Shown here: positions 1 to 11,754 of the stretch, piece by piece
Position numbering within the stretch: position 1 is the stretch's first letter
How the letters are laid out: each line of letters begins with the position of its first letter
Assembly: GCF_006345805.1 (NCBI RefSeq)
Contig: NC_043004.1
Span: 9,734,001-9,798,000, forward strand
DNA from: Octopus sinensis
Lineage: Eukaryota
Length of the DNA: 64,000 nucleotides
Direction of reading: 5' to 3'
Notes under the pieces: model-generated
What the model was told of the DNA's origin: nothing
Seen by the model: only the letters and a program-made list of their open reading frames with translations
The model's database searches: none
Translations under genes and position numbers: made by a program

Positions 1-194
1 CACTGTCTTAACGAAATGTGTAAACAGGAGGAAAAGTATGATTTGAACCTAAAGTAGAATGACAGCTTTGAAAGGAGGTGACTCAGTGAATTGCATGCGG
101 GACGGATATAGAAAATTGAAACGCCATTTTTACGAGGAGTGGTTTCAATATTTGACAGGTCAGCAATTTCAGTGAGTGTGTGCGGGGGGGGGGT

Positions 195-350
195 CAGTCG
201 ATTACAACCACCCTAATTCTCAATTGGTATTATTTTATCGACCTCTATAGAATGAAAGCAAGGTCGACCTCAGCGAGATTTGAGCTCAGCTCTTAAAGAG
301 CCAGACGAAATACCAAAATTTTTGTCCGATATACACAAGTGATTCCATCC
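195..350 (-). mobile_element. Degenerate tRNA-derived SINE (family A)
   Basis: Reverse complement resembles the intact family A copy at 6530-6760 (gtcgattaca...aatgaaagcaaggtcgacctcagcgagatttgagctcag...gacgaaatac). Confidence 0.6.
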
Positions 351-724
351 GGTGGCTGCCTCCTAGGCAAGAAAATGGTATAAGTGAATTGTTAGAGAGA
401 TGATGATGATGATGATGATAGCGGTAGTGTTGATGATAATGATGATGAATCCCGTACTCATTATCCTCATTTTCCCTCCTCCTCATCATTATACTTCTCA
501 TCGTTGTCATCATCATCACCATCCTTACACTGATCATAAAATGATGCATGACAAAGTGCAATCAGAAAATTTTTGAAATTCAAATTTAAAATAAAATGTA
601 GAAATAAAAAACTGAAAATATTTAATTGCAAAGAAGAATCTGTCGGCAATTAGTATTGTTATTGATGAATACCGTAGACGCACACGGTTTCAACTTTACG
701 CTTATCATATGGTATCTCATTTTG

Positions 725-725
<1 letters not shown>

Positions 726-776
<51 letters not shown>

Positions 777-812
777 GTATATGTATATATATGTGTGTGT
801 GTGTGTGTGTGA
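726..812. repeat. (TA)n/(TATG)n/(TG)n compound microsatellite
   Basis: Directly visible simple repeats. Confidence 0.95.
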
Positions 813-977
813 TGTGTGTGTGCATGCTAATACAAGACCCACATTAGACTCCTCACTCGTATCTCTATCGAACTAACAGTTTAACGAAGGTCTGTCCATA
901 GCATTTACTTAGCGTTACCTGCCATTCTTTGGGTCTTCTAGATACCAATACCTCTCATATATATATATATATATATA

Positions 978-3559
978 ACGGGAAGCTTTATGAAAATAAA
1001 CAAAAGACGAAGGCAGGTGGAAAACAAACGAACAATTGTATTAGTATGGCGCTCAGGAAATATAAATAAAACAAGTCTTTACAAGTCTTTAACGTTTCGA
1101 GCCTACGCTCTTCAACAGAAAGATACACAGAGAGAGAAAAACACAGAAAGAAGGAGAGAAAAAAAATGCGTGCAGTAGCTAACGAATCAACATGGCGATC
1201 TGATTTCGGCCAGAGGTCAAAGATCAAACATGAGACGCGAGAGCGAAATAAGGGGAGATAATAGGGTTGATAAACGGTTTGAGGGACCAGCTAAAAGTGC
1301 GTGGGAGGGGTCTAGATGTGTGTATGTATAGGGTTGGTGTATGTATTAGTATGTATAAGGGTGTGTGTGTGTGGTGTATGTGTGTATGAGGAGAGTATTA
1401 GTGCGTAAGATTGGTCTGGACGTGCGTATGTATGGGGTTGGTGTATGTATTAGTATGTATTAGTATGTATTAGTACGTATTGGTATGTATAGGTGTGTGT
1501 TGTGTGTGTGTGAGAGAGAGAAAGTGCGTATGCGGGGTCTGGACGTGTGTATGTATAGGGTTGGTAAGTATTAGTATGTACTAGTATGTATTAGTACGTA
1601 TTAGTATGTATTAGTTGGTGTGTGTATTAGTATGGCACATCATATGTGATTGTTGTGTAAAGTCATGTGTGTAGTGAGGAGGAAGAGGGGGAGGGGGAGA
1701 AGAGGGGGGAGAGAAGGGGAGGGGAAGAAGAGGGGGGAGAGAAGGGGAAGAGGAACGATGGGGGAGAAGGAAGGTGAGGAGGGGGATGAAGGAGGAAAGA
1801 GGGAGAGGGGGAGAGAGAGAAGGGGAGAGAGGAGTGAGGGAGCAGAGGGAAGGGGAAGAGGGAGGGAGAAAGAGGGAAGAGGGAAGGGGAGTAGGGGTGA
1901 AAGGATGAAGGACTGAAGAATTAGGGGTCCTTGTTGAGAAAGGATAGGGGTCGGTGGGGAAGAGGGGGTTAGAGAGGTGGGGAAGTGGGATAGAGGGGGG
2001 GGGGAGAGTTGAGACCAAATGGCGTATAAGAGCGAAGAGAGAAGATTAATTCCTGTTCACGGCGTAAACGGGAATCCGGATGGCCTCTGTGTAGGACAAA
2101 CCGAACACAGATAGGTGTTGCAAGGAGTGACCGGTGGAGCGGAAATGGCGTGAGACCGGTGTGTCGTTCGCAAGGTGGATGTCACGAAGGTGTTCCGCGA
2201 ACCGGTCAGCCAAGCGGCGTCCCGTTTGTCCGATGTACAAGGAATTGCAGAGAGAGCAAGAGATGCAATAGATAATATTGCTGGAGGTGCAGGTGAAGGA
2301 GTGGATGATGGGATAGGGTCGATGGTGGGTGCTAGTGAGGCGGGTGGTGTTGGAGAGGTAAGGGCAAGTGCGGCAACGTGGGCGGGAGCAGGGAACGAGC
2401 CGGGTTGGGAGGTAGGGTCAGGGAAGGAGCTATGGACCAAAAGGTCTCGAAGGTTGTGGGCTCGTTTGAAAGAGGGGAGGGGTCGGTTAGGGAAGAGGTG
2501 TGAAGTGGACGGGTCGGACTGGAGATGACGGAAAGCTCGAAGAATGGTGCGTTGGAGACGTAGGGTCGTGGGGTGGTAATTGAGGGGAAAAGGAGGCGGG
2601 AGACTACAGGGCGGGTTTCGGGAGAGAGAGCAGATACACACGGTCCACGACGTGCTCTGGCAAGGGCGGTGTGGATAGTGGTGGAGGGGTATCCACGTAG
2701 GGTGAAGTGGTGAGCCATACGTTGAGAGACTGAGTCTCAAAGTCATGGTCGTCACTACAGAGCCTACTAGACGGAGGAATTGGAATAGGGGATGGAAAGC
2801 TTGGTGTGTTCTGGGTGGGAGGAAGAGAAGTTGAGGTATGAGTGTGAGTCTTGTGTTTTGTAGTGAATGGATGGTAAGAGTGGAGTGAAGAATGCTAACC
2901 GAAATGTCGAGGAAGGAGACAGAGGTGTTGGAGATAGTGGAAGTGAAGTGGAGGGCTGGATGAAAGATTGGACGAAAGAGAGGAAGGATCTAGATTTTCG
3001 CGGGAGAGTGAGGTGGCACCGATAATGTCGTCAATATAACGACCATATAGTTCAGGAGTGGGACCAGTGAAATTAGAGAATATTTGGGCCTCACATAGCC
3101 CAACGAACAGGTTCGCATAGTTGGGCCCATTCGCGTTCCCATGGCCACTCCCGAGACCTGATGTAGAACTCGCCCGCGAACGAGAAGCAGTTCAGAGTAA
3201 GGACAAGTTCGGCCAGACGAATGAGTGTGGGGTGTCGGGTACAGGGTTAGAGCGGAGGTCCAAAGAAGTGTCGAAGGGCCTGCAGTCCTTCGTGGTGAGG
3301 GATAACAGTATAGAGCTTTGGATGTCCATAGTAAAAAGGATTTTGGAGCCGGGAGGAAAGGAGAAAGAGTTGAAAAGCCGGAGAGCATGGTTGGTATCGT
3401 GGATGTGGGAGGGAAGAGATGCCACTAGGGGGCAAGGACACGGTCGAGGTATTTTAAGATGAGCTCCGTGGGGCATTTACAGGCAGAGACGATGGGGCGG
3501 CCAGGGTTGTTGGGTTTGTGGATTTTGGGGAGGAAAATGGTGGGGGTACGTGAGGTTCG

Positions 3560-3562
<3 letters not shown>
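978..3562 (-). mobile_element. Penelope-like retroelement (Neptune-type), 5'-truncated, decayed RT + GIY-YIG endonuclease, with 3' terminal repeat
   Basis: Minus-strand peptides LYTVIPHHEGLQAL, QVSGVAMGTRMGP, PELYGRYIDDIIG (YIDD at 3027-3038), YCISCSLCNSLYIGQTGRRLADRFAEH (GIY-YIG); several frameshifts; both ends abut (TA)n. Confidence 0.92.
1086..1123 (-). ncRNA. Minimal type I hammerhead ribozyme motif (atypical core) in PLE terminal repeat
   Basis: Minus strand TCTTT-CTGTTGA-A-GAGC-GTAG-GCTC-GAAAC-GT-T-AAAGA: stem I TCTTT/AAAGA, stem II GAGC/GCTC, palindromic stem III ACGT; core CUGUUGA instead of CUGANGA. Confidence 0.65.
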
Positions 3563-3600
<38 letters not shown>

Positions 3601-3739
3601 ATGAGTCTCATACCCCAAATTCCTTAATTTGTCCTGTTTAGTCCGAGTATAAAAATGTCAAGCGTTACGCATGGACGCACACCCGAAGACAAAAACATAA
3701 AAAAAACGCTTAAGTACTGGGATGACCAATACAGTCTTA

Positions 3740-4240
3740 GAGTTTTCTCTTATCTCTTGTACCTTTTTCTTATTCTGTTCAAATCGTTCTGGCCACTGCA
3801 TCATGCCTTATGGGAACATCTTACCTGAAAGGCATTCTCAGATGTTGTCTGTCAATATTTTCTTCTGTCTTTTATGTTGTAGGTGGAGATCTCTTGTTCT
3901 TGGATTGCATGGACGTTGCCTTTAAAGTGAGATGTCATAAACTTATCGGTACTCCATGCCAAGTTTTTGACATAATCAATTCTTTCCATGGCTTGTGGTT
4001 TATGTGCCACGTACATTTGTTCTATCTTCTCAGTGAACTGCACCATTTTTTACTTTGTTCTTCCGATAAATATATTTTACCTGTGCTCCTAAGGAAAGAG
4101 GTCTGTATCGGCTCTTGTTTCACACCTGTCCTCATGTTCATTAGCTTATCCTAATTATGTTAATGATTTCATAGTCGCAAACTTGAGCAACATAGTTACC
4201 GGTTTCTTTCTTCTGCTGCAGAGGTTGGTCCACTATTACA
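3740..4240 (-). mobile_element. R4/Dong-like RLE LINE fragment (post-RT region)
   Basis: Minus peptides WSTDKFMTSHFKGNVHAIQEQEIST and PIRHDAVARTI match the copies at 29830-31340 and 32110-33455. Confidence 0.7.
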
Positions 4241-4379
4241 ATACGTGCTTCATATCATATGTATGTATGTATTTATGTATGTATGCATGTATGTATGTAT
4301 GTATGTATGCATGAATAGATGGGTGTGTGTATGTGTGTATGTAGGTATGTTTGTATGTATGTACGTTTGTATATATGTG

Positions 4380-4575
4380 CGTGTGTCGTCGAGTTTGTTC
4401 TTCTGTTGCTTGACAACCCGAGTTTGTTTACTTCCCTGTAAAGCAGCGGTTCATCAAAAGAGACCGATAGAATAAGGTCATAATTATTGGGGTCGAGTTG
4501 GTCGACTCAACCTTTCAAGGTAAAAGTCCCAGCATGGCCGCTATCCAATAAGTAAAACAAGTAACAGATAAAAAA
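4380..4575 (+). mobile_element. SINE family C, 3' half
   Basis: gcggttcatcaaaagagaccgatagaataag...ccagcatggccgc...aaacaagtaa matches the 3' part of the family C copy at 28795-29166. Confidence 0.6.
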
Positions 4576-5039
4576 TAATATAAAGGTGTAGTTAGATGAA
4601 AAGACAAGTAAAAGGCGGGGAGCGGGCGCTGGGTGGCTGGCTGGATGGTTGGCTGGCTGGCTGGTTGGCTTGGCTCGCTGGCTGGTTGTAAGTCTAGATG
4701 AACTTAAGAGTATAGAGATAAATACGGGTAATGTTAGAGGCTGTCCGCTGTTCCATTTATATAAGATACTTAGACTTAGTTGTAAAGCGACATTTTCCAC
4801 GTGACCGCACATCCATGCCCTTTAATAGTGCTACCTCCTCGCCCTCCTCCTCTCTCTGTCTCTTCTTCTCTCACCCCTCCTCTTTACTTTCTTCGTTTTT
4901 GCTGGGGTTTTTTTTTTTTTTTCACTCTGTCTCCTGCAGCTCATTTGTAACGTGTTTAAACATTGAAGAAACAAATGCGGCGTTTTATGAATAGGAAATT
5001 ACAACGTAATCGTCGAAAGAATAAATAGGTGGCGGTGGG

Positions 5040-5642
5040 GGGGGCACATACGGTGGGGGTGGGAGAGAGAGAAAGGGAGGGAAATAATCAAGAATGAGAG
5101 AGATAAGAAAAGAGTAAGGGACAGAGAGAGAGACAGAGAGAGAGAGAAAGAAGGAAAGGTAGCTTGGTGGAGAGAGAGATACGGAAAGAATGAGAAAAAA
5201 AGACGCAAGAGGGAGACAGCCAGCTAGACAGACAGACAGACGGAAGCAAAGATATATTGACGAGAAAAGAAATATAAATATAGACAGATGGAGACTTAAT
5301 AAAGGTAGAGATTGAAAGAGAGAGACACACAAAGTGAGAGTGAGAGACACAACGCGAGACAGAGAGAGAGGGAGAGATGGGGAAATATGAGAGAAACAAT
5401 ACAATGATGAAGATAGAGACAGAGAATAATATATAAGCAGAGAGAAAAAAGAGAGAAGGAAGAGAAATTATGAGAAAGCAATTGAGGAGATGAGAGAATG
5501 TGTGAGGGGAGGGGAGAGAGATATAAAGTGGGATTGGTTGGAAGAGAGAAAGATACTAACAGTGAAAAGTGGTGGGAGGAATAGATACAGGGAGATAATG
5601 TGTGTATGTGAGCGTGTGTGAGTGTGTGTGTGTGTGCATTTG

Positions 5643-5678
<36 letters not shown>

Positions 5679-5873
5679 AAAGACAGGGTGGGAAACAAAG
5701 ATAAAAAGATAGAGGGAGGTTGGGGAAAAGCGGGGAGATGGCGAAAACTTAAGAGGCAGAGAGACGTTAATGGCCGACAATAAAAGAGAGGGTGAGAAAG
5801 TGAGCGAGAGAAGAAAGAAAGAAAGAAAGAAAGAAAGAACAAAAGAAAGAAAGAAAGAAAGACAGAAAGAAAA

Positions 5874-5917
<44 letters not shown>

Positions 5918-5945
5918 CAAACAGACAGAAAGATAGAAAGGAAAG
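5040..5945. repeat. Long purine-rich (GA/GAAA)n low-complexity tract
   Basis: About 900 bp of strand-asymmetric AG-rich repeats; source of several false ORFs. Confidence 0.9.
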
Positions 5946-6529
5946 GTCTAAGATGAGAAATGCGAATTGCTACAAACCAAAGTACATAATATGATGTTTC
6001 GGCAGGCAGCGGGTGGGCATCGGGTGGGCATGGAATGGGCGGGTATTTGTGGACGGCATTTAAGGTAAACAGAAGCAAATATACAAAGATGAATAAGGAA
6101 TCCGGTCAAAGAGTTTTTCTTTTCCGATGACGAGTGAGGGTTAAAGAATGAAAGCAGAGCAGCAAAGAATGAAAGTGTAACAACAACGAGCGGGCCCTCA
6201 GCCAAGGCTTTCTTAGCGTTTCTTTTATTCTTGCATCTCTTTTCATCTTCGAGCTTTCGCCGAAAGATATTGACAAACAGAACCTCCCTCTTTACTCACT
6301 ACACACTCGGTTAAATATCAACTCCTCCTTCTCTTTCCCCTACTTCAACAACCTAAAGAAAACAAATATACAGCAACTGACTATTGCTTCTACGAGCGGA
6401 GTATATCTGTGTGGTTGATGGACCAGCTAGAAATAGCAAGCCAAAACTCTCTTACATCTTACTGTCTTAAGAAAGAGGGAAGACATATTGATCAATGTGA
6501 TCATATATATATATATATATTGCCTATAA

Positions 6530-6760
6530 GGCGGCGAGCTGGCAGAAACGTTAGCGCGCTGGGCGAAATGCTTACCGGTATTTCGTCTGTCGTTACGTTC
6601 TGAGTTCAAATTCCGCCGAGGTCAACTTTGCCTTTCATCCTTTCGGGGTCGATAAATAAAGTACCAGTTTCGCACTGGGGTCGATGTAATCGACTTAATC
6701 CCTTTGTCTGTCCTTGTTTACCCCCTCTATGTTTAGCCCCTTGTGGGCAGTAAAGAAATA
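6530..6760 (+). mobile_element. Full-length tRNA-derived SINE (family A) with target-site duplication
   Basis: GGCGGCGAGCTGGCAGAAACGTTAGC...GAGTTCAAATTCC...GTAAAGAAATA; TSD (TA)n-TTGCCTATAA at 6520-6529 and 6777-6786. Confidence 0.95.
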
Positions 6761-6839
6761 TATATATATATATATATTGCCTATAACCGACTCCTGTTTG
6801 CCTAGACCCGATTTTAAGTATATTCACGCCACTGAATAA

Positions 6840-8095
6840 GAAATATGACCTTCATTTGTTCCTAGAAGCTCTACTTTTTGAGATAGCGCACTTAGCAATA
6901 GATGCAAGCTGGATCTATCCCACTTGGTCACTCAACTAAGATGAATGAGCAGCAGGAAACAACTGCACTCATTACACAGAAGATATACCACGATCACCAA
7001 TGGCTGTGCGGATCTTAAGATGATGTGGGGATCTTAAGATGATTTGAGGATCTTAAGATGGTGTGAGGATCTTAAGATGATGTGGGGATCTTAAGATGAT
7101 GTGAGGATCTTAAGATGATGTGGGGATCTTAAGATAATGTGGGGATCTTAAGATGATGTGAGGATCTTAAGATGATGTGAGGATCTTAAGATGATGTGAG
7201 GATCTTAAGATGATGTGGGGATCTTAAGATGATGTGAGGATCTTAAGATGATGTGAGGATCTTAAGATGATGTGAGGATCTTAAGATGATGTGAGGATCT
7301 TAAGATGATGTGGGGATCTTAAGATGATGTGAGGACCTTAAGATGATGTGAGGATCTTAAGATGATGTGAGGATCTTAAGATGATGTGGGGATCTTAAGA
7401 TGATGTGGGGATCTTAAGATGATGTGAGGATCTTAAGATGATGTGGGGATCTTAAGATGATGTGAGGATCTTAAGATGATGTGGGGATCTTAAGATGATG
7501 TGAGGATCTTAAGATGATGTGGGGATCTTAAGATGATGTGAGGATCTTAAGATGATGTGAGGATCTTAAGATGATGTGAGTATCTTAAGATGATGTGGGG
7601 ATCTTAATATGATGTGAAGATCTTAAGATGATGTGAGGATCTTAAGATGATGTGGGGATCTTAAGATGATGTGAGGATCTTAAGATGATGTAAGGATCTT
7701 AAGATGATGTGAGGAACTTAAGATGATGTGGGGATCTTAAGATGATGTAGGGATCTTAAGATGATGAATTTTCTCCTGGGTCAACAGAGTGGATACACAA
7801 ATATCTGTTTTATCGATTTCTGAAATAATACGACTGATCATTGGATGCAAAAACAATGGTCTCTGGTTGCAAGAAATTTTTCTCTGGGGCCACAAAGCAG
7901 ATAACTACACTAAACTAGTGGACGACAACACGCTCTCTTTTTCTCATCAGTTTGGCTGTAATATGAACATCAAAAGGTTTTTATTCCACAGCCACTTAGA
8001 TCGTTTCCTAGACAACATTGGTATCCGAACCAAAATTTAAGTTCTATGGAAGAAAGATCCCGAGGGGCAGGGATATCCATATGATGACGGATTAG
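6840..8095 (+). pseudogene. Chapaev3-like (CMC superfamily) DNA transposase fossil interrupted by a minisatellite
   Basis: Peptides GSIPLGHSTKM...HDHQWL / CADLKMMNFLLGQQSGYT / GHKADNYTKLV / FGCNMNIK..HSHLDRFLDNIG / SSMEER..GRDIHMMTD match motifs I recall from Chapaev3 transposases; frameshifted. Confidence 0.8.
7005..7766. repeat. Minisatellite, 40 x 19 bp, unit TGTG(A/G)GGATCTTAAGATGA
   Basis: First unit starts at 7005 and last at 7746 (39 x 19 apart), with no net indel; each unit contains the palindrome ATCTTAAGAT. Confidence 0.99.
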
Positions 8096-8295
8096 CTGGC
8101 AGAAACGTTAATGCTTAGCGGTATTTCTTCTGTCTTCACGTCCTGAGTTCAAATTTCGCCGAGGTCGACTTTGTTTTTCATCCTTTTGAGATTGACAAAT
8201 TAAGTACCAGTTGCACACTGATGCAATCGAATCGATTGCCCCCCCTCACCCCCCACAAAAAAAATTTCGGATCTTGGGCCTAGATTAGAGAAGGT
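8093..8295 (+). mobile_element. SINE family A (diverged)
   Basis: agctggcagaaacgtt...gagttcaaatttcgccgaggtcgactttg...aattaagtaccagttgcacactg. Confidence 0.85.
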
Positions 8296-8374
8296 TTATT
8301 GTTGGACCATTCAATGTGATTATCCTGGAGTAGCTCAGCACAGGAAGTTTCTGAAAATCCGCTTTCATGAGACG

Positions 8375-8715
8375 TTTGAGTGAATGTGAAAGCAGGCCCT
8401 CCGTCGGTTACGACGAAGACGACGAGTGCTCCAGTTGATCCGATCAACGGAACAGCCTGCTCGTGAATTTAACGTACGAGTGGCTGAGTACTCCACACAC
8501 ACACGCATACCCTTAATGTAGATCTCAGCAAGATTCAGTGTGACACAGTGTGTGACAAGGCTGGCCCTTTGAATTACAGCTACCACTCATTTTTACCAGC
8601 TGAGTGAAGTGGAGCAATGTGAAGTAAAGTATCTTGCTCAAGGATACAACAAGCCGCGCGTAAACCGAGCTCATGACCATACGATCGTGGGGTCCGAATA
8701 CCCGCGCGGGGGTCT
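8375..8715 (-). mobile_element. tRNA-derived SINE family B (CORE-like central domain)
   Basis: Reverse complement contains ttgagcaagatactttacttcacattgctccacttcactcagctgg, as in the family B copies at 30803 and 50745. Confidence 0.8.
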
Positions 8716-9439
8716 TCATTGTTTCAAATGATAAATTTCTAAGCGTGTTTCATTGTCAGCTGAATCTAAGGATGTAATCTAATCAAAAAGAAGTATCAAG
8801 CCATTTCTTTTTATCCAAGAGGTAACAATAATGATTTGTAAATTATCAGTGCTTCTGCTCGATCGATTTTAAGCATAGTAATTCGGGGTACATCATATCT
8901 CGATAACCATGATCGATGGAGAAAATCTGATGGCATATTTAGAATCAGCGACCAAAACTTAGCCAAAACCAGATCTAATATTCTAGACACCAAGTTATGT
9001 ATTGTGCAGTGATTATACGTTCGAATCTGGCCCGATTCGAACTCTCAAAAAAATATGATCCACGAAACGAAAAATCTGTGAGGTAATTTATTACCAGCCT
9101 GGGCCTTTTCTTTCTATTTATCATTTTATATTTTTAATTTTGTTTTTCTTAATTTCTATTACTTAGCCAGTCCCCTACATTTGTCTGAGAGGTAATAAAG
9201 TAGTTATGTTTGTTTATTATTTATTCCACTTGAACAATTACAGTGGAGGTGGAGATAAAATAAAATGTCTGCCTCATTCATACATCTTTAAAAAAAAAAT
9301 CAAGAAAAAAAGAAGTAAAAAGAACACGTAACAACAACAGGAAATTAAAAAAGCAAAACAAATATTAAAATAACGTGTGGTAGTAGGAGGTAAGAGTAGA
9401 GTGAGTGGGAGGGAAAAGGGAGAAGAAATCAATCCTGAA

Positions 9440-9584
9440 ATAATCTGTGTGTTGTGTGTGTGTGTGTGTGTGTTGTGTGTGTTTGTGTGCATGTATATAT
9501 ATACGTACATACATACATTCATGCAAACATACATACAAACATACATACATACATACATACACACACATATATATGTATGTATGC

Positions 9585-9640
<56 letters not shown>

Positions 9641-9693
9641 TATATATATAATATATATATATATATACACATATACAGAGAAAGAGAGAGAGT

Positions 9694-9745
<52 letters not shown>

Positions 9746-9746
9746 T

Positions 9747-9813
<67 letters not shown>

Positions 9814-9930
9814 TTATATACATATATATATATAAGATATATAATATACACGCGAATGCACAGGTACACACGCACACACACATACGCTCGTGCGCGCGCG
9901 CACACGCAAACGCACATAAAACACTCACAT
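9440..9930. repeat. Compound microsatellite (TG)n/(TACA)n/(TA)n/(AGAT)n
   Basis: Directly visible. Confidence 0.95.
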
Positions 9931-10084
9931 ACAGACAAAATACCGAAGCGAAAGAGAAAACTGAAAGAAAATGGGCGTGGTCTGATTATAGCTAAGTAGG
10001 GTGGTTAGATTTGTGTATAAAAACTATCAAAGGAGTACAGGAACGAATGATTTGAATATAATAGTTATGGGGAGAAGGTTCTTT

Positions 10085-10441
10085 ATATACATACATACAT
10101 ACATACATACATATACATACATACATACATACATACATACATACATTACATACATACATACATACATATTCATGTATACATACATACAAATATTATATAT
10201 ACATATATATATGCATATATGCATATATATATATATATATATATACATTTATATATATTTACATACATACATACATATATATATATATATCACACATTTT
10301 TATGCATACAAAGATTTTACACATAGACACACATATCTACCTGCATAAATTCAAACATTCAGATATATACATTTATATACATACGTATAGAAACACACAC
10401 ACGCACCCACACACACACACAGAAAGACATATAAATATATA

Positions 10442-10479
<38 letters not shown>

Positions 10480-10540
10480 TGTGTGCGTGAGTGTGTGTGT
10501 ATGTGTCTGTGTGTGTACACACACACACACATTATGTTGG
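10085..10540. repeat. Compound microsatellite (TACA)n/(TA)n/(TG)n
   Basis: Directly visible. Confidence 0.95.
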
Positions 10541-11119
10541 TGTGTATGTCGTTGTGCCTTGTATGTTAGATCAGCTGAAGATGTCCTCATTCAAACTCTG
10601 CACATAATTAAAGGTTTGCTTCGTTGGAAAATTACCGTTTCAATGATTTGGGCGGGGCCACTAAAGTTCAGTGAATCCCATCTAGTTATGGGAGTGTAGG
10701 CCTGGTCTGCCTTCTAAAGGAATAAAAACATTTAAAGGGTAACATAAACGATGGTGCTAGAGTACTCGTGGTGGTGGTGGTGGTGGTGGTGGTGGTGGTG
10801 GTGACGGCGGTGCTGGTGCTGGTGCTGGTGCTGGTGACGGTGCTTTTGCCGGTGTCGGTGTTGGTTGTGGTCGCGATATTAGAGTTGGTACTTTTATCTG
10901 GGGTCTCTGATCTAGGGGTTTATATCTGCAACTTATGTACGAGTGAGTTTATGTATGTGTGTGTGCGCACGCGCACGTATGCATGTATGCTTGCATGTAT
11001 GTATGTATGTATGTGTGTATGTATGTGTGTATGTATTTGTGCATGTATTATGTGTATGCGTGTGAGTATATAAATTTGTGTGTGTGTGTTTGTGAGTGTT
11101 CTTGTGTTAAGTTCTCCAG

Positions 11120-11227
11120 ATGTAATACGTATGCTGCTCCCTACGACCCTAGCTTAATACCGGATATCATGTCTCAGTTTCTCCCCCGAATCCTAGCAAT
11201 ATGGCGATCATGCAGACATTTGCTAAC
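11120..11227 (+). CDS. Candidate internal coding exon (108 nt, phase 2-2) of an unknown gene
   Basis: Acceptor gttctccag|A, donor AC|gtacgt followed by T-rich sequence; only one open frame: CNTYAAPYDPSLIPDIMSQFLPRILAIWRSCRHLL; no recognised homologue. Confidence 0.3.
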
Positions 11228-11599
11228 GTACGTTTATTTATTTGCTTGTTTGTTTATTTAATTAGTAATTGTGTCAGTGATACAGTGATGGTCTTCAGTC
11301 GCGATGTGGCAAATATCCTGGAATTCTATGTACACCTGTCTCTAACCTATAAACTATAATGCATGTGTATGGATATGAATACCTGTGAAATTGCATCTTT
11401 GAAGATTCATGCTCCTGTGCATACGTTTGCGAGTTTAGGCATGTGCTTTGTCTTTCGAGATGCAATAAATTAATAGATTAAAAGCTATAATTGTATTGAA
11501 TTATATAGCTCATAAGTTACATTTTCAGCTTTTCAGTTGATAGTTACGAATTAGGAAATGGATTTTTATGAATGAATTTACGAAGGATTTCATTAATAA

Positions 11600-11735
11600 T
11601 TTCGAACCTACGTGGCTTCAAGTTCAGTTCCACTGCGCGGAACCTTGGCAATGTTCCCTACCAAGTACCTGAGAAGGCCAATGCCTTATGAGAGAATATG
11701 CTAGAAGCTCTGTCAAAGCCCGTCGTATATATACA
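11600..11735 (+). mobile_element. Degenerate SINE family C, 5' half
   Basis: gttcagttccactgcgcggaaccttggcaa...ccaatgccttatgag...aagcccgtcgtatat. Confidence 0.5.
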
Positions 11736-11754
11736 TACAGGCAAAATACATATA

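Noticed and set aside
4195-4215. GAAACCGGTA minimal-hammerhead-like motif on minus strand
   Set aside because: No stem II or proper core; lies inside a Dong LINE coding remnant
7005-7766. CRISPR array interpretation of the palindromic 19-bp repeat
   Set aside because: Units are directly head-to-tail with no unique spacers, there are no cas genes, the context is eukaryotic, and the unit derives from transposase coding sequence
9274-10699. Many 60-190 aa ORFs rich in YI, CV, HT, LS (also at 13436-13736, 24562-24971, 27451-27936, 31473-32140, 38475-41850, 53498-53902, 55872-56548)
   Set aside because: Translations of di-, tri- and tetranucleotide microsatellites that lack stop codons; not genes
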